A stretch of DNA of 37,935 bases from an uncultured Methanosarcinales archaeon (GTDB lineage Archaea > Nanobdellota > Nanobdellia > Woesearchaeales > CAZOXR01), in contig CAZMIO010000011.1 in the NCBI GenBank assembly GCA_964566535.1, positions 1-37,935 of the forward strand, written 5' to 3'. The position numbers were made by a program, and so were the translations under genes. The notes below the pieces were generated by a model. That model had not been told where the DNA came from, did not search any database, and was given only the letters and a program-made list of their open reading frames with translations. Positions within the stretch are counted from its first letter, which is position 1. Every line of letters starts with the position of its first letter. Positions 9,459 through 17,466 of this stretch are shown in pieces.

Positions 9459-9860
9459 CTACCTGTAAGACTTCTGTCTTTTTGACCGAGCCTTACCGTG
9501 TCTATTTGGTTTAGATGATTCTTTTCTTCTAACATCTGCAACAAGCATAGCCCTATCATATTTTAAGAACGTCTCTCGTAATTTTTCACTTTTTGAATGT
9601 TGAACTAATGATTTTGCAATAACTAATCTACAAGCATCTGCTTGTGATGAGATTCCTCCACCGTATACATTTACATCAATATCGATCTTGTTTGACGCAT
9701 CTCCAGCGATGATTAATGGTTCTTTAAGTTTTAATCTATACATCTTTGGCTGGTAGATATCTATATGTTTATTATTTATCCTAACTTTACCAGTTCCTTG
9801 TCTAAAAGAAGCTCTTGCTACTGCTCTTTTTCTTTTTCCTGAAACCATTGTTATTTTCAT
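9459..9860 (-). CDS. rps9: 30S ribosomal protein S9 (uS9)
   Basis: SGKRKRAVARA, GGGISSQADA and C-terminal ARSKRQKSYR. Confidence 0.98.
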   Translation of the reverse strand: MKITMVSGKRKRAVARASFRQGTGKVRINNKHIDIYQPKMYRLKLKEPLIIAGDASNKIDIDVNVYGGGISSQADACRLVIAKSLVQHSKSEKLRETFLKYDRAMLVADVRRKESSKPNRHGKARSKRQKSYR

Positions 9861-10273
9861 ATGTCAGCACCCAATTCATTACATATTCTTGATATAGTTA
9901 CATATTTAGTATTTGGAAGTTTTGATACTTGTGCGTTGTCAAGTGTAATCATCTTTTTGTCTTTAAACTCTTCAGGTATGCTTATGTGACATTTTATTCT
10001 TTTAAATGCTTTTTCTCCCTTCTCTTGTTTGAAAGGAAGCATATTTCTTATTAATCTTTTCAAAAACATATCTGGACTTCTAGGTAGGAATGGTCCTTTT
10101 GAGGGTATACCCCTTTCCCTTCTCTGTCTGTATCTAGCTAATACCTGAGCAGGTGTACCTGATATGACTGCGTGTTCAGCATTAACTATGTCTATTGTTT
10201 CCCCTAGTAATGCCTGCTTTGCAACAAATGTTGCCATTCTTCCTGAAATTAAATTTTTTGCATCGATTATCAT
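9857..10273 (-). CDS. rpl13: 50S ribosomal protein L13 (uL13)
   Basis: IIDAKNLISGRMA, IVNAE, GPFLPRSPD and RNMLP. Confidence 0.98.
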   Translation of the reverse strand: MIIDAKNLISGRMATFVAKQALLGETIDIVNAEHAVISGTPAQVLARYRQRRERGIPSKGPFLPRSPDMFLKRLIRNMLPFKQEKGEKAFKRIKCHISIPEEFKDKKMITLDNAQVSKLPNTKYVTISRICNELGADI

Positions 10274-10274
10274 T

Positions 10275-10640
10275 TTATCCTAATATCCTAATTTTTTGGC
10301 CTTTTGGATCTTTATTTGAAAGTTCTTGTAGTGATACCATTTTAGAGCCATTTTCAGATAGTTTTGTTTTAGCTCCTTCTGAGAATTGAAAAGCAGAGAT
10401 AGTTATTTTATGGTTGAGTGTTCCTGAACCTAGAACTTTTCCTGGAACAACTATAGTTTCATCTTCTTTAGTAAATCTGTTTATTTTAGAAAGATTAACT
10501 GCACGCCTGTTTCGCGTAGGTTTCTCTAGGTCAAGAGCAATCCTTTTCCAAATACTTGCATCTTGCTCTATTGCTTTCTTTTTCAATTCCTGGATTAAAC
10601 CAACTAATAATTGATTTGTTGGTCCTGTTCGTTTTACCAT
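10275..10640 (-). CDS. rpl18e: 50S ribosomal protein L18e (eL18)
   Basis: VNLSKINR, VVPGKVLGSG and FSEGA; position within the operon. Confidence 0.98.
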   Translation of the reverse strand: MVKRTGPTNQLLVGLIQELKKKAIEQDASIWKRIALDLEKPTRNRRAVNLSKINRFTKEDETIVVPGKVLGSGTLNHKITISAFQFSEGAKTKLSENGSKMVSLQELSNKDPKGQKIRILG

Positions 10641-10668
10641 TTTTGTTTATTGATTGTGTGATTGTGAA

Positions 10669-10764
10669 TGCGAGGGACGAGGTTCGAACTCGCGCAGGCA
10701 CTAAGCCACAAGGCCCTCAACCATAGGCATGATTTTGCCCGTTTGGCCACTCCGGCACCCTCGC
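10669..10764 (-). tRNA. tRNA-Leu(GAG) with a 12-nt intron at position 29/30 (10723-10734)
   Basis: Minus strand GCGAGGG...CCCTCGC-A with a long variable arm and TTCGAAC T loop. Removing AATCATGCCTAT restores CAAGG-TTGAGGG-CCTTG. A tRNA-Leu between rpoD and L18e is a known archaeal arrangement. Confidence 0.92.
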
Positions 10765-10778
10765 ATGAATATTATTAT

Positions 10779-11588
10779 TTATTGCGGAAGGGCTGCAGCT
10801 TTGAGCTTTTGAGTAAATTCATCTAATTGTTCTTGTAGTACTTTTGATGCTTCCATAACAATCTTTTTTGGTTCTAATTGACCCCATGATTCAATATAAA
10901 ATATAAAATCATTTGAAGGTGTTACTTTAATTGCATCAACTGGACAGATGTCCTGACATGCTTCGCATAAATGGCAGTTAAAGTGATTGTCTTTGATTAT
11001 TGCAGCTTTGTTGTCCTTTAACTCTAGGACATTTACTGGACATACACTTATACATTTTCCACATCCGTCGCACTTTGAATCAGTTTCAATAGTTGCTTTT
11101 TGTTTATAGTGAATACTTCCCGGGCACCATTTTGTATGTACTTTGCCTTGTCCTAATGATGCAGTTGCTTCAAGCTCAAGTGTCTGGCCTTTTAACAGCT
11201 TAACAATAGGTGTTTTTGAGAATACTGGCTTTACTGCTGAATCCTTTGTTTTAATGTCTGATGCGTATACAGTAAAAGGACCTTTTACGCTTAAAGTTAA
11301 ATTAAGCTGGCATCTTGCACAGCCCTTGCCTTCGCACTTACATTTTTCTGGAAGGTTATATGATTTTAAGTCAGTGGTTAATGTTAATAACCCAAGTCTA
11401 TGAGCAATTACTTCATCGTATAGTATTGAACTGTTTTTTCTGATCTCTACATTTTCAATTGCCATAGTAGGTACGTCTTCTACCATAACTCTTCTCAAAG
11501 CGTTGGCATATGCTGGATTTGTTTCTTTCAAAATAAAAGAAAGTTTTCCCTTCTCCTTATCATTTTCTAAAGATCTGATTTCCATCAT
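10779..11588 (-). CDS. rpoD: DNA-directed RNA polymerase subunit D (Rpo3) with a 2x[4Fe-4S] ferredoxin-like domain
   Basis: [22 protein letters not shown], Zn loop [11 protein letters not shown], and CDGCGKC...CP / CHLCEAC...CP. Confidence 0.97.
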   Translation of the reverse strand: MMEIRSLENDKEKGKLSFILKETNPAYANALRRVMVEDVPTMAIENVEIRKNSSILYDEVIAHRLGLLTLTTDLKSYNLPEKCKCEGKGCARCQLNLTLSVKGPFTVYASDIKTKDSAVKPVFSKTPIVKLLKGQTLELEATASLGQGKVHTKWCPGSIHYKQKATIETDSKCDGCGKCISVCPVNVLELKDNKAAIIKDNHFNCHLCEACQDICPVDAIKVTPSNDFIFYIESWGQLEPKKIVMEASKVLQEQLDEFTQKLKAAALPQ

Positions 11589-11983
11589 ACTCTCCTCCCT
11601 CTTTTTCCTCCTTTTTTCCTACACCCATCATGAGGTATTGGGGTGACATCTTCAATTATTCCTATCTTTAAGCCCATTCTTGATAATGCTCTGACAGCAG
11701 CTTGTGCTCCAGGCCCTGGATTGTTAGGGCCATTGTGACCGCCAGGGGCTTTAATCTTAACATTAATACAATTAACCCCTTTCTCCATTGCAGTTTCAGC
11801 TGCTTTCTTTGCAGCCATCATTGCAGCTGTGGGAGATGATTCCATCCTATCTGATTTAACCACCATTCCACCAGAAGCTCTTGCTATGGTTTCTGTTCCG
11901 GTCATATCAGTAATGTGAATAATAGTATTATTATATGAAGCATATATATGTGCTATTCCCCACCTTATAACGTCTCTTGCCAT
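11585..11983 (-). CDS. rps11: 30S ribosomal protein S11 (uS11)
   Basis: [33 protein letters not shown] and GKRGRRV. Confidence 0.99.
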   Translation of the reverse strand: MARDVIRWGIAHIYASYNNTIIHITDMTGTETIARASGGMVVKSDRMESSPTAAMMAAKKAAETAMEKGVNCINVKIKAPGGHNGPNNPGPGAQAAVRALSRMGLKIGIIEDVTPIPHDGCRKKGGKRGRRV

Positions 11984-11985
11984 TT

Positions 11986-12717
11986 TTATTTAGATTTTTT
12001 ATCTTGTTTTTTATTTTCTTTCTTATCTTCTTTCACTTCTTCCTTCTTCTCAACAACTTTCTTTTCTTTTGATGGTGCCTTAGGTTTCTCTAAACTTTTC
12101 TCGTTTTTACCTGAAGATTTTTTTTCTTCTGTTTTTGGTTCTTTCTTATCTTCCTTTTTCTCTTCCGTCTCTGTTGATTTTGATTTTTTTGTGCCCTTAC
12201 TTTCAATAGGGGCTCTTTCAGCGTGGTCTATACTATTTAGTGCTGATGAGGTAATAAAACTTATTTTCGCCTCTTCTGTTTTAGTCACTAAGTAAGAAGG
12301 TGCAGTTATTAATTGATCATTGATTAGTATGTGTCTATGGGTTATGAACTGTCTAGCTTGTTTTAACGATCTACTCAAGTTTTTCTTAAATACTAATGTT
12401 TGAAGTCGTCTTTCCATTACATCTTTTGGTAAAATGGTTAAAACATCCTCTAAATGTGCTGAACCTTCAATTATACCTAATGAAGATAATCTAGTCAATA
12501 ATTGACCTTTCTCTAATTCGGCTTGTGTTCCTGAAGCTGCAACAAGTTTTTTAGCTTGCTGAGTGAATTTTTTTAGAAATGTTCTTGTTTTCCAAATTTC
12601 CCTTTTATTCTTTAAACCGTATGAATTTAATAGCTCTATCTCTTCTTCAATCCTTTCTTTCTGCCATGGATGTGTGGGCGTGCTATATTTTTTCCTAACT
12701 TTTCTTGGGTCTCCCAT
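11986..12717 (-). CDS. rps4: 30S ribosomal protein S4 (uS4) with a long K/E-rich C-terminal tail
   Basis: [32 protein letters not shown] and ARQFITH. Start moved to the ATG at 12717, which has an upstream GGAG. Confidence 0.97.
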   Translation of the reverse strand: MGDPRKVRKKYSTPTHPWQKERIEEEIELLNSYGLKNKREIWKTRTFLKKFTQQAKKLVAASGTQAELEKGQLLTRLSSLGIIEGSAHLEDVLTILPKDVMERRLQTLVFKKNLSRSLKQARQFITHRHILINDQLITAPSYLVTKTEEAKISFITSSALNSIDHAERAPIESKGTKKSKSTETEEKKEDKKEPKTEEKKSSGKNEKSLEKPKAPSKEKKVVEKKEEVKEDKKENKKQDKKSK

Positions 12718-12774
12718 TTTTTTACTCCATAACAAAATAGGGCCTAAAAATTTTTAATTTTTTTTGTCCCATTT

Positions 12775-13254
12775 TTAAGGTCTTCCGGCTTTAGCGCCTG
12801 ATCTTTTTTTAACTCCTAATGATACTTTTCCCTTGTTTTTTCTGAAATTTGATTTTGTTCTTTGGCCCCTTGCAGGAAGTCCTGCAGCGTGCCTTGAACC
12901 TTTGTAACTCTTAATCTTTCTCATAATCTTAATATCATTATCTTTTACAAAATCAAGGTTTCCAGTAATAAGGTGTTTAGAAATTCCATCTTCAACATCT
13001 TTTCTTCTGTTAAGCATCCACTCTGGTGCATTGAATTTTGAAGGTGACTCAATAGCAGATTCTAATTTTTTTATTTCTTCATCGCCCATTATTCCGATCA
13101 TCTTAAGTTTATCAGTTTTTGTTAAAGAACATATCATATTAGCAAACATGAAGCTAACTCCCTTAATCTTTGTTAATGCCTTACTAGCAGGGAGTTTCCC
13201 AGCTAAGTCAGTGTTTGATATTCGCACCAAATGTTTGATTTCTTGTTCTGCCAT
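12775..13254 (-). CDS. rps13: 30S ribosomal protein S13 (uS13)
   Basis: VRISNTDL, IKGVS, PEWMLNRRKD and SYKGSRH..GLPARGQRT. Confidence 0.98.
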   Translation of the reverse strand: MAEQEIKHLVRISNTDLAGKLPASKALTKIKGVSFMFANMICSLTKTDKLKMIGIMGDEEIKKLESAIESPSKFNAPEWMLNRRKDVEDGISKHLITGNLDFVKDNDIKIMRKIKSYKGSRHAAGLPARGQRTKSNFRKNKGKVSLGVKKRSGAKAGRP

Positions 13255-13264
13255 TTTATATTCA

Positions 13265-13357
13265 GAGCATATAGCGCATAGAATTCCAAAACTAGGACCC
13301 TAGATGCGCCGTATTGACTCGGGTATAGTAATTGAGGAATTTTGGTAGGTTTATAAA
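13265..13357 (-). promoter_or_regulatory. Promoter (TATA 13350-13357) and structured ~70-nt 5' leader of the S13 operon
   Basis: TTTATAAA preceded by an A-rich BRE on the minus strand. The leader pairs GAGT/GCTC and GGCGCAT/ATGCGCT, with an inner CTAG-GGTC-CTAG hairpin. Confidence 0.55.
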
Positions 13358-13432
13358 GGTTTTTGTTTTTGTTGTTTAATATTGCCATAATAATAAAGTT
13401 TTTAAATAAAATGACTACTCTTAGTTAATTAT

Positions 13433-13505
13433 GGGCCCATGGTCTAGTGGCTATGACAACACCCTTACAAGGTGTGGATCCCCAGTTCGAATCTGGGTGG
13501 GCCCA
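13433..13505 (+). tRNA. tRNA-Val(TAC), no intron
   Basis: GGGCCCA/TGGGCCC-A; anticodon arm ACACC-CTTACAA-GGTGT; T arm CCCAG-TTCGAAT-CTGGG. Confidence 0.97.
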
Positions 13506-13555
13506 TTCATTTTTTTGTGGCTAGCCATAAATTGGATTCACCAATTTAATATCAC

Positions 13556-13659
13556 GCGCCAGTGATCTAGTGGCTACAGCTGGTTAGTCTTTAACTAGCT
13601 GCCGTGAATGATAGGGCCTTGCCAAGGCTCTTACCCGAGTTCAAATCTCGGCTGGCGCA
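13556..13659 (+). tRNA. tRNA-Gly(GCC) with a 32-nt D-loop intron at position 20a/21 (13576-13607)
   Basis: GCGCCAG/CTGGCGC-A; anticodon arm GGGCC-TTGCCAA-GGCTC. Removing the intron gives D arm ATC-TAGTGGCTAT-GAT, whose loop is identical to that of the neighbouring tRNA-Val. Confidence 0.93.
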
Positions 13660-13716
13660 TTTCTTTTATTTTCTCAGTAAAGTTTATAAACAAAAATTAA
13701 ACACTAATCAAGTATT

Positions 13717-13818
13717 GGGTCTGTAGCTCAGTCTGGTTTCGAGCGCTGGTCTTATATGACTACGCTTGGTTCAATCTAGGATAGCCAGTGGTCGCGTGTT
13801 CAAATCACGCCAGACCCA
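13717..13818 (+). tRNA. tRNA-Ile(TAT) with a 26-nt canonical 37/38 intron (13757-13782)
   Basis: GGGTCTG/CAGACCC-A; CTGGT-CT-TAT-A|intron|A-GCCAG; BHB central helix CTTA/TAGG; anticodon at 13753-13755. Confidence 0.9.
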
Positions 13819-13872
13819 CTTTTTTAAATACCCGATAGATTTAAAAAAGATTTATCATTAATTATTTACACT

Positions 13873-13947
13873 GCCCCCATGGTGTAGTCCGGTCAATCAT
13901 TTTGCCTTTTCGAGGCAAGGACACGGGTTCGAATCCCGTTGGGGGCG
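13873..13947 (+). tRNA. tRNA-Glu(TTC), no intron
   Basis: GCCCCCA/TGGGGGC-G; TTGCC-TTTTCGA-GGCAA; ACGGG-TTCGAAT-CCCGT. Confidence 0.97.
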
Positions 13948-14046
13948 TTTATTTTTTTCTAAGAAAAAAACATAATAATTTTATATGAGTTAGATTTCTA
14001 TGATGAAAAAGAAGTGACTCATAATAATGATTATAATGGTGGTAAA

Positions 14047-15495
14047 ATGATTGAGTTTAAAGGAAAGATTCTAATCATAGGTTTTGGTTCTGTTTCTATG
14101 TGTACTCTACCTATGTTGGTGAAGCATGTTAATGTTCCTCTTGGAAATATAACTATAATGGATTTTGAGGATAAGACTGAAACCTTAAAAGAATGGACTG
14201 ATAAAGGGGTCAATTATTTGCACGACAGACTCAAACCAGAGAACTTTAACAGCACATTATCAAAATATGTTTCTGAAGGGGATTTGATAATAGATTTAGC
14301 GTGGAATATTGAAACGAGTGATTTTTTACAGTGGTGTCATGATAATAAAGTGCTTTATGTAAACGCTTCTGTTGAGAAATGGGATCCTTACAAAGACCAA
14401 GAAAAAAAAGGAGCCTATGAGAAATCTCTGTATCATAGACATATGTTGATAAGAGAGATGATTTCTAAGTGGGAAGAAAAAGGAGTTACTGCGGTTTTGG
14501 ACCATGGAGCAAATCCAGGGCTCATTTCCCATTTTGTAATGCAAGGACTTATTGATATTGGTAATAAGTTAATTTCTGACAAAAAGGTTTCTGAAGAAGA
14601 AGGTAATGAAATTAAAAGATTAATTGATGAAAGGAAGTTTGCAGAGTTAGGAATGAAATTAAATGTTAAAGTAATACACTGTAGTGAAAGAGATACTCAG
14701 ATAAGTGATAAACCTAAACAAGTTAATGAGTTTGTAAACACATGGAGTGTTGCCGGGTTTCACGAAGAAGGGATTGGACCTGCAGAGATGGGATGGGGGA
14801 CTCATGAAGAAGTGTTGCCCCCAGGAGCTGTTGTACCTGAGATCGGACCGAAAAATCAAATTTTTCTTCAACAATCTGGGATAAATACTTGGGTGTACTC
14901 GTTTGTTCCACCAAACCATGAAATAATGGGTATGGTGATTAGACATGGTGAGGCATTTACAATTTCTGAGAAGTTAACGGTTGTTAAGGATGGTAAGGCA
15001 ATTTATAGACCAACTGTACACTACGCATATATGCCATGTGATGCTGCAGTTAGTTCATTGCAAGAACTTCGAGGGGCAAATTATGAACTACAATCTAAAC
15101 AAAGGATATATACTGATGATGAGATTAGTTCAGGTGCAGATATACTCGGAGCATTATTGATGGGGCATGATTACAATTCTTGGTGGACTGGAAGTGATTT
15201 ATCAATTGAAGAGTCACGTGAATTAGTACCAGGTCAAAATGCAACTACAATTCAAGTTGCTGCAGGGGTTCTTGCTGCTGTTATGTGGATGATTGAAAAC
15301 CCTAATAAAGGAATATGTGTACCTGATGATCTACCTCATGACTATGTTTTGAGGGTGGCTAAACCGTACCTTGGAAATTTTATATCTAAGGCTTATGATT
15401 GGACCCCCTTGAAGAAGAGAAAAATGTTGTTTCCAACAAATAAGATATATACAAAGGATCCATGGCAATTTAAGTCATTCCTCTTTACTCCGTAA
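14047..15495 (+). CDS. hss: Homospermidine synthase (NAD-dependent)
   Basis: Rossmann IIGFGSV, HGANPGLISHF, NTWSVAGFHEEG, EMGWGTHE, YRPTVHYAYMPC and QNATTIQV. Start placed at the ATG at 14047 after GGTGGT. Confidence 0.93.
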   Translation: MIEFKGKILIIGFGSVSMCTLPMLVKHVNVPLGNITIMDFEDKTETLKEWTDKGVNYLHDRLKPENFNSTLSKYVSEGDLIIDLAWNIETSDFLQWCHDNKVLYVNASVEKWDPYKDQEKKGAYEKSLYHRHMLIREMISKWEEKGVTAVLDHGANPGLISHFVMQGLIDIGNKLISDKKVSEEEGNEIKRLIDERKFAELGMKLNVKVIHCSERDTQISDKPKQVNEFVNTWSVAGFHEEGIGPAEMGWGTHEEVLPPGAVVPEIGPKNQIFLQQSGINTWVYSFVPPNHEIMGMVIRHGEAFTISEKLTVVKDGKAIYRPTVHYAYMPCDAAVSSLQELRGANYELQSKQRIYTDDEISSGADILGALLMGHDYNSWWTGSDLSIEESRELVPGQNATTIQVAAGVLAAVMWMIENPNKGICVPDDLPHDYVLRVAKPYLGNFISKAYDWTPLKKRKMLFPTNKIYTKDPWQFKSFLFTP

Positions 15496-15496
15496 G

Positions 15497-16627
15497 ATGG
15501 CCGAACAATTTAAATCAATAATAGAGAAACATGGCACCCCGGTTCTTGTGGTAGACCATGAAATAATAAAAGCTAATTATATGGAGTTTAAGACTAATCT
15601 TCCTAACGTCCAGGTGTACTATGCTGTTAAGGCTAATCCTGATAAAGAGATATTAAAAACTTTATTTGAACTGGGGGCCAGTTTTGACGTTGCTTCTTTT
15701 GAAGAATTTTCAATGGTACATGAATTTATCAAAGACCTTCCTGATGATGAGAGGCATCAGTTCATCTATGATAAAATAATCTATGCGAATACAATAAAAC
15801 CTATTGAGACGCTAAAGAAACTTAACCCTTACAGGCCACTAGTCACTTATGATAATATTGATGAACTAAAGAAAATAAAAAAACACTGCCCAAAGGCAGG
15901 ACTTGTGATAAGGATAAAAGTACCAAATACTGGTTCTATGGTGGAGCTTTCTTCAAAGTTTGGAATTGATCCAGGTGATGCCGTTGACTTGGTCGTTGAA
16001 GCATTTAATTTAGGATTAGTAGTTGAGGGGTTAAGCTTCCATGTTGGAAGTCAATGTACTAATTTTGAGAATTTTGTACAGGCATTGAATCTTGCTGCAT
16101 CTATTTTTAAGGAAGCTAAATCTCAAGGGCATGAGTTGAAGATTTTAGATATTGGTGGTGGATTTCCTGCTCCGTATGATGATTCGGTTAAACCATTCAA
16201 GGAGCTTTCTAATAAGATAAGTTCTGAAATTGAAAGGCTATTTCCTAAAGATATAGAAATCTTTGCAGAACCAGGAAGATTCATCGTTGCAACTTCCGCA
16301 ACATTATTTACAAAGATTATTGGGAAGTCAATTAGGGATGGAAAATTATATTACTATATTAATGATGGAGTGTACCATTCTTTTTCAGGAGTTGTTTTCG
16401 ATCATTGCCAATATCACTTTAATTCTTTTAAGGATGGGCAACGAAAGATTTGTGCTGTTGTTGGACAGACGTGTGATGCTTTCGATTCTATTTCTTTAGC
16501 CGAGGAACTTCCGGAGTTAGAGATTGAGGATATTCTTTATACTGAGAATATCGGTGCTTATAGTACCGCCTCTTCAACTAACTTTAATGGTTTTCCTCCT
16601 GCAAAGGTTGTGCATGTTAATAAATAG
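15497..16627 (+). CDS. Ornithine (or lysine/ornithine) decarboxylase, alanine-racemase fold (group IV)
   Basis: PLP lysine YAVKANP, SFHVGSQC, LDIGGGF, EPGRF, GQTCD and GAYS; the specificity segment FDH carries Asp as in ODCs. Confidence 0.92.
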   Translation: MAEQFKSIIEKHGTPVLVVDHEIIKANYMEFKTNLPNVQVYYAVKANPDKEILKTLFELGASFDVASFEEFSMVHEFIKDLPDDERHQFIYDKIIYANTIKPIETLKKLNPYRPLVTYDNIDELKKIKKHCPKAGLVIRIKVPNTGSMVELSSKFGIDPGDAVDLVVEAFNLGLVVEGLSFHVGSQCTNFENFVQALNLAASIFKEAKSQGHELKILDIGGGFPAPYDDSVKPFKELSNKISSEIERLFPKDIEIFAEPGRFIVATSATLFTKIIGKSIRDGKLYYYINDGVYHSFSGVVFDHCQYHFNSFKDGQRKICAVVGQTCDAFDSISLAEELPELEIEDILYTENIGAYSTASSTNFNGFPPAKVVHVNK

Positions 16628-16685
16628 TATTTTAGTGATGTAATTGTACACAAAGTTTAAATAATAAGTTAGTAGGTAAGAGTAT

Positions 16686-17441
16686 ATGCAAGACAAGATA
16701 TTTGAAATTCTCTTTGAGAAGGATGATATTACTTGGAAGACCCTTATTATGGATCTTGTTAAGACTGAAGGGATGAATGTTTGGGATGTTGATGTTTCTC
16801 TGCTGACTCAGAAGTATATCGATACTATAAAACAGTTGAAAGAATTAGATTTTAGGGTAAGTGGTAAGGTACTTCTTGCTGCTGCCCTTCTTTTGAAGAT
16901 TAAATCAGACAGATTAGTAGGAGAAGATATGGATCAGTTTGATAAGATGCTGGAACCTGATTCTGAGGAAGAAGGTTTGTTAGGGGAAGGTCCGGTTAAT
17001 CTTAATCCTAATAGAGATATTGATGTTAATTCATTGATTCCTAGAACACCTCAACCTCGTAAAAGGAAGGTTTCCATCTATGACCTTATGAATGCATTAG
17101 AAAAGGCACTTGAAGTTAAGAAAAGAAGAGTTGAAAGAGATATCCCTCCAATAATAATCCCACCTCAGAAGAAAAGAGATATTACTGAAGTGATTAAGGA
17201 GTTGTATGGCAAGATAATGAGTTTTTTCTTTCAGAAAAAAGAAAGTGAACTGACCTTTTCTAAGTTGGCCCCTTCAAATGATAAAGAGGAAAGAGTAGGT
17301 GCTTTTACCCCTTTGTTACACCTTTCTAACCAACAAAAAATAAGTTTATCTCAGAAGAAGCATTTTGGTGAAATTGAGGTTAGGTTGAAGGAAAATAAAG
17401 CGGTCGAGAGTGAGGTAGGAGAGGGCTCGAAAACTATTTAA
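16686..17441 (+). CDS. scpA: Segregation and condensation protein A (kleisin)
   Basis: MNVWDVDVSLLTQKY, SGKVLLAAALLLKIKS, RKVSIYDLMNALEKAL and C-terminal F.PLLHL...Q..HFGEI. Confidence 0.92.
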   Translation: MQDKIFEILFEKDDITWKTLIMDLVKTEGMNVWDVDVSLLTQKYIDTIKQLKELDFRVSGKVLLAAALLLKIKSDRLVGEDMDQFDKMLEPDSEEEGLLGEGPVNLNPNRDIDVNSLIPRTPQPRKRKVSIYDLMNALEKALEVKKRRVERDIPPIIIPPQKKRDITEVIKELYGKIMSFFFQKKESELTFSKLAPSNDKEERVGAFTPLLHLSNQQKISLSQKKHFGEIEVRLKENKAVESEVGEGSKTI

Positions 17442-17466
17442 AACGAAGTTTCTTCCTTTTTTATAC

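Noticed and set aside
10779..11588. Ferredoxin-like domain in RpoD as a novel fusion
   Set aside because: Fe-S domains in archaeal Rpo3/D are well established.
13255..13340. tRNA-Ser upstream of rps13 (a common archaeal arrangement)
   Set aside because: There is no T-loop consensus or 7-bp acceptor stem; I treated the region as a structured leader instead.
13506..13555. Small palindromes in the Val-Gly spacer (TGGCTAGCCA; AAATTGG/CCAATTT) as a split-tRNA half or ncRNA
   Set aside because: They are too short and AT-rich, with no tRNA arm motifs and no complementary partner; at most a processing spacer.
13948..16685. hss-ODC block as an integrative element at tRNA-Glu
   Set aside because: I saw no integrase and no duplicated tRNA 3' end (att site) downstream.
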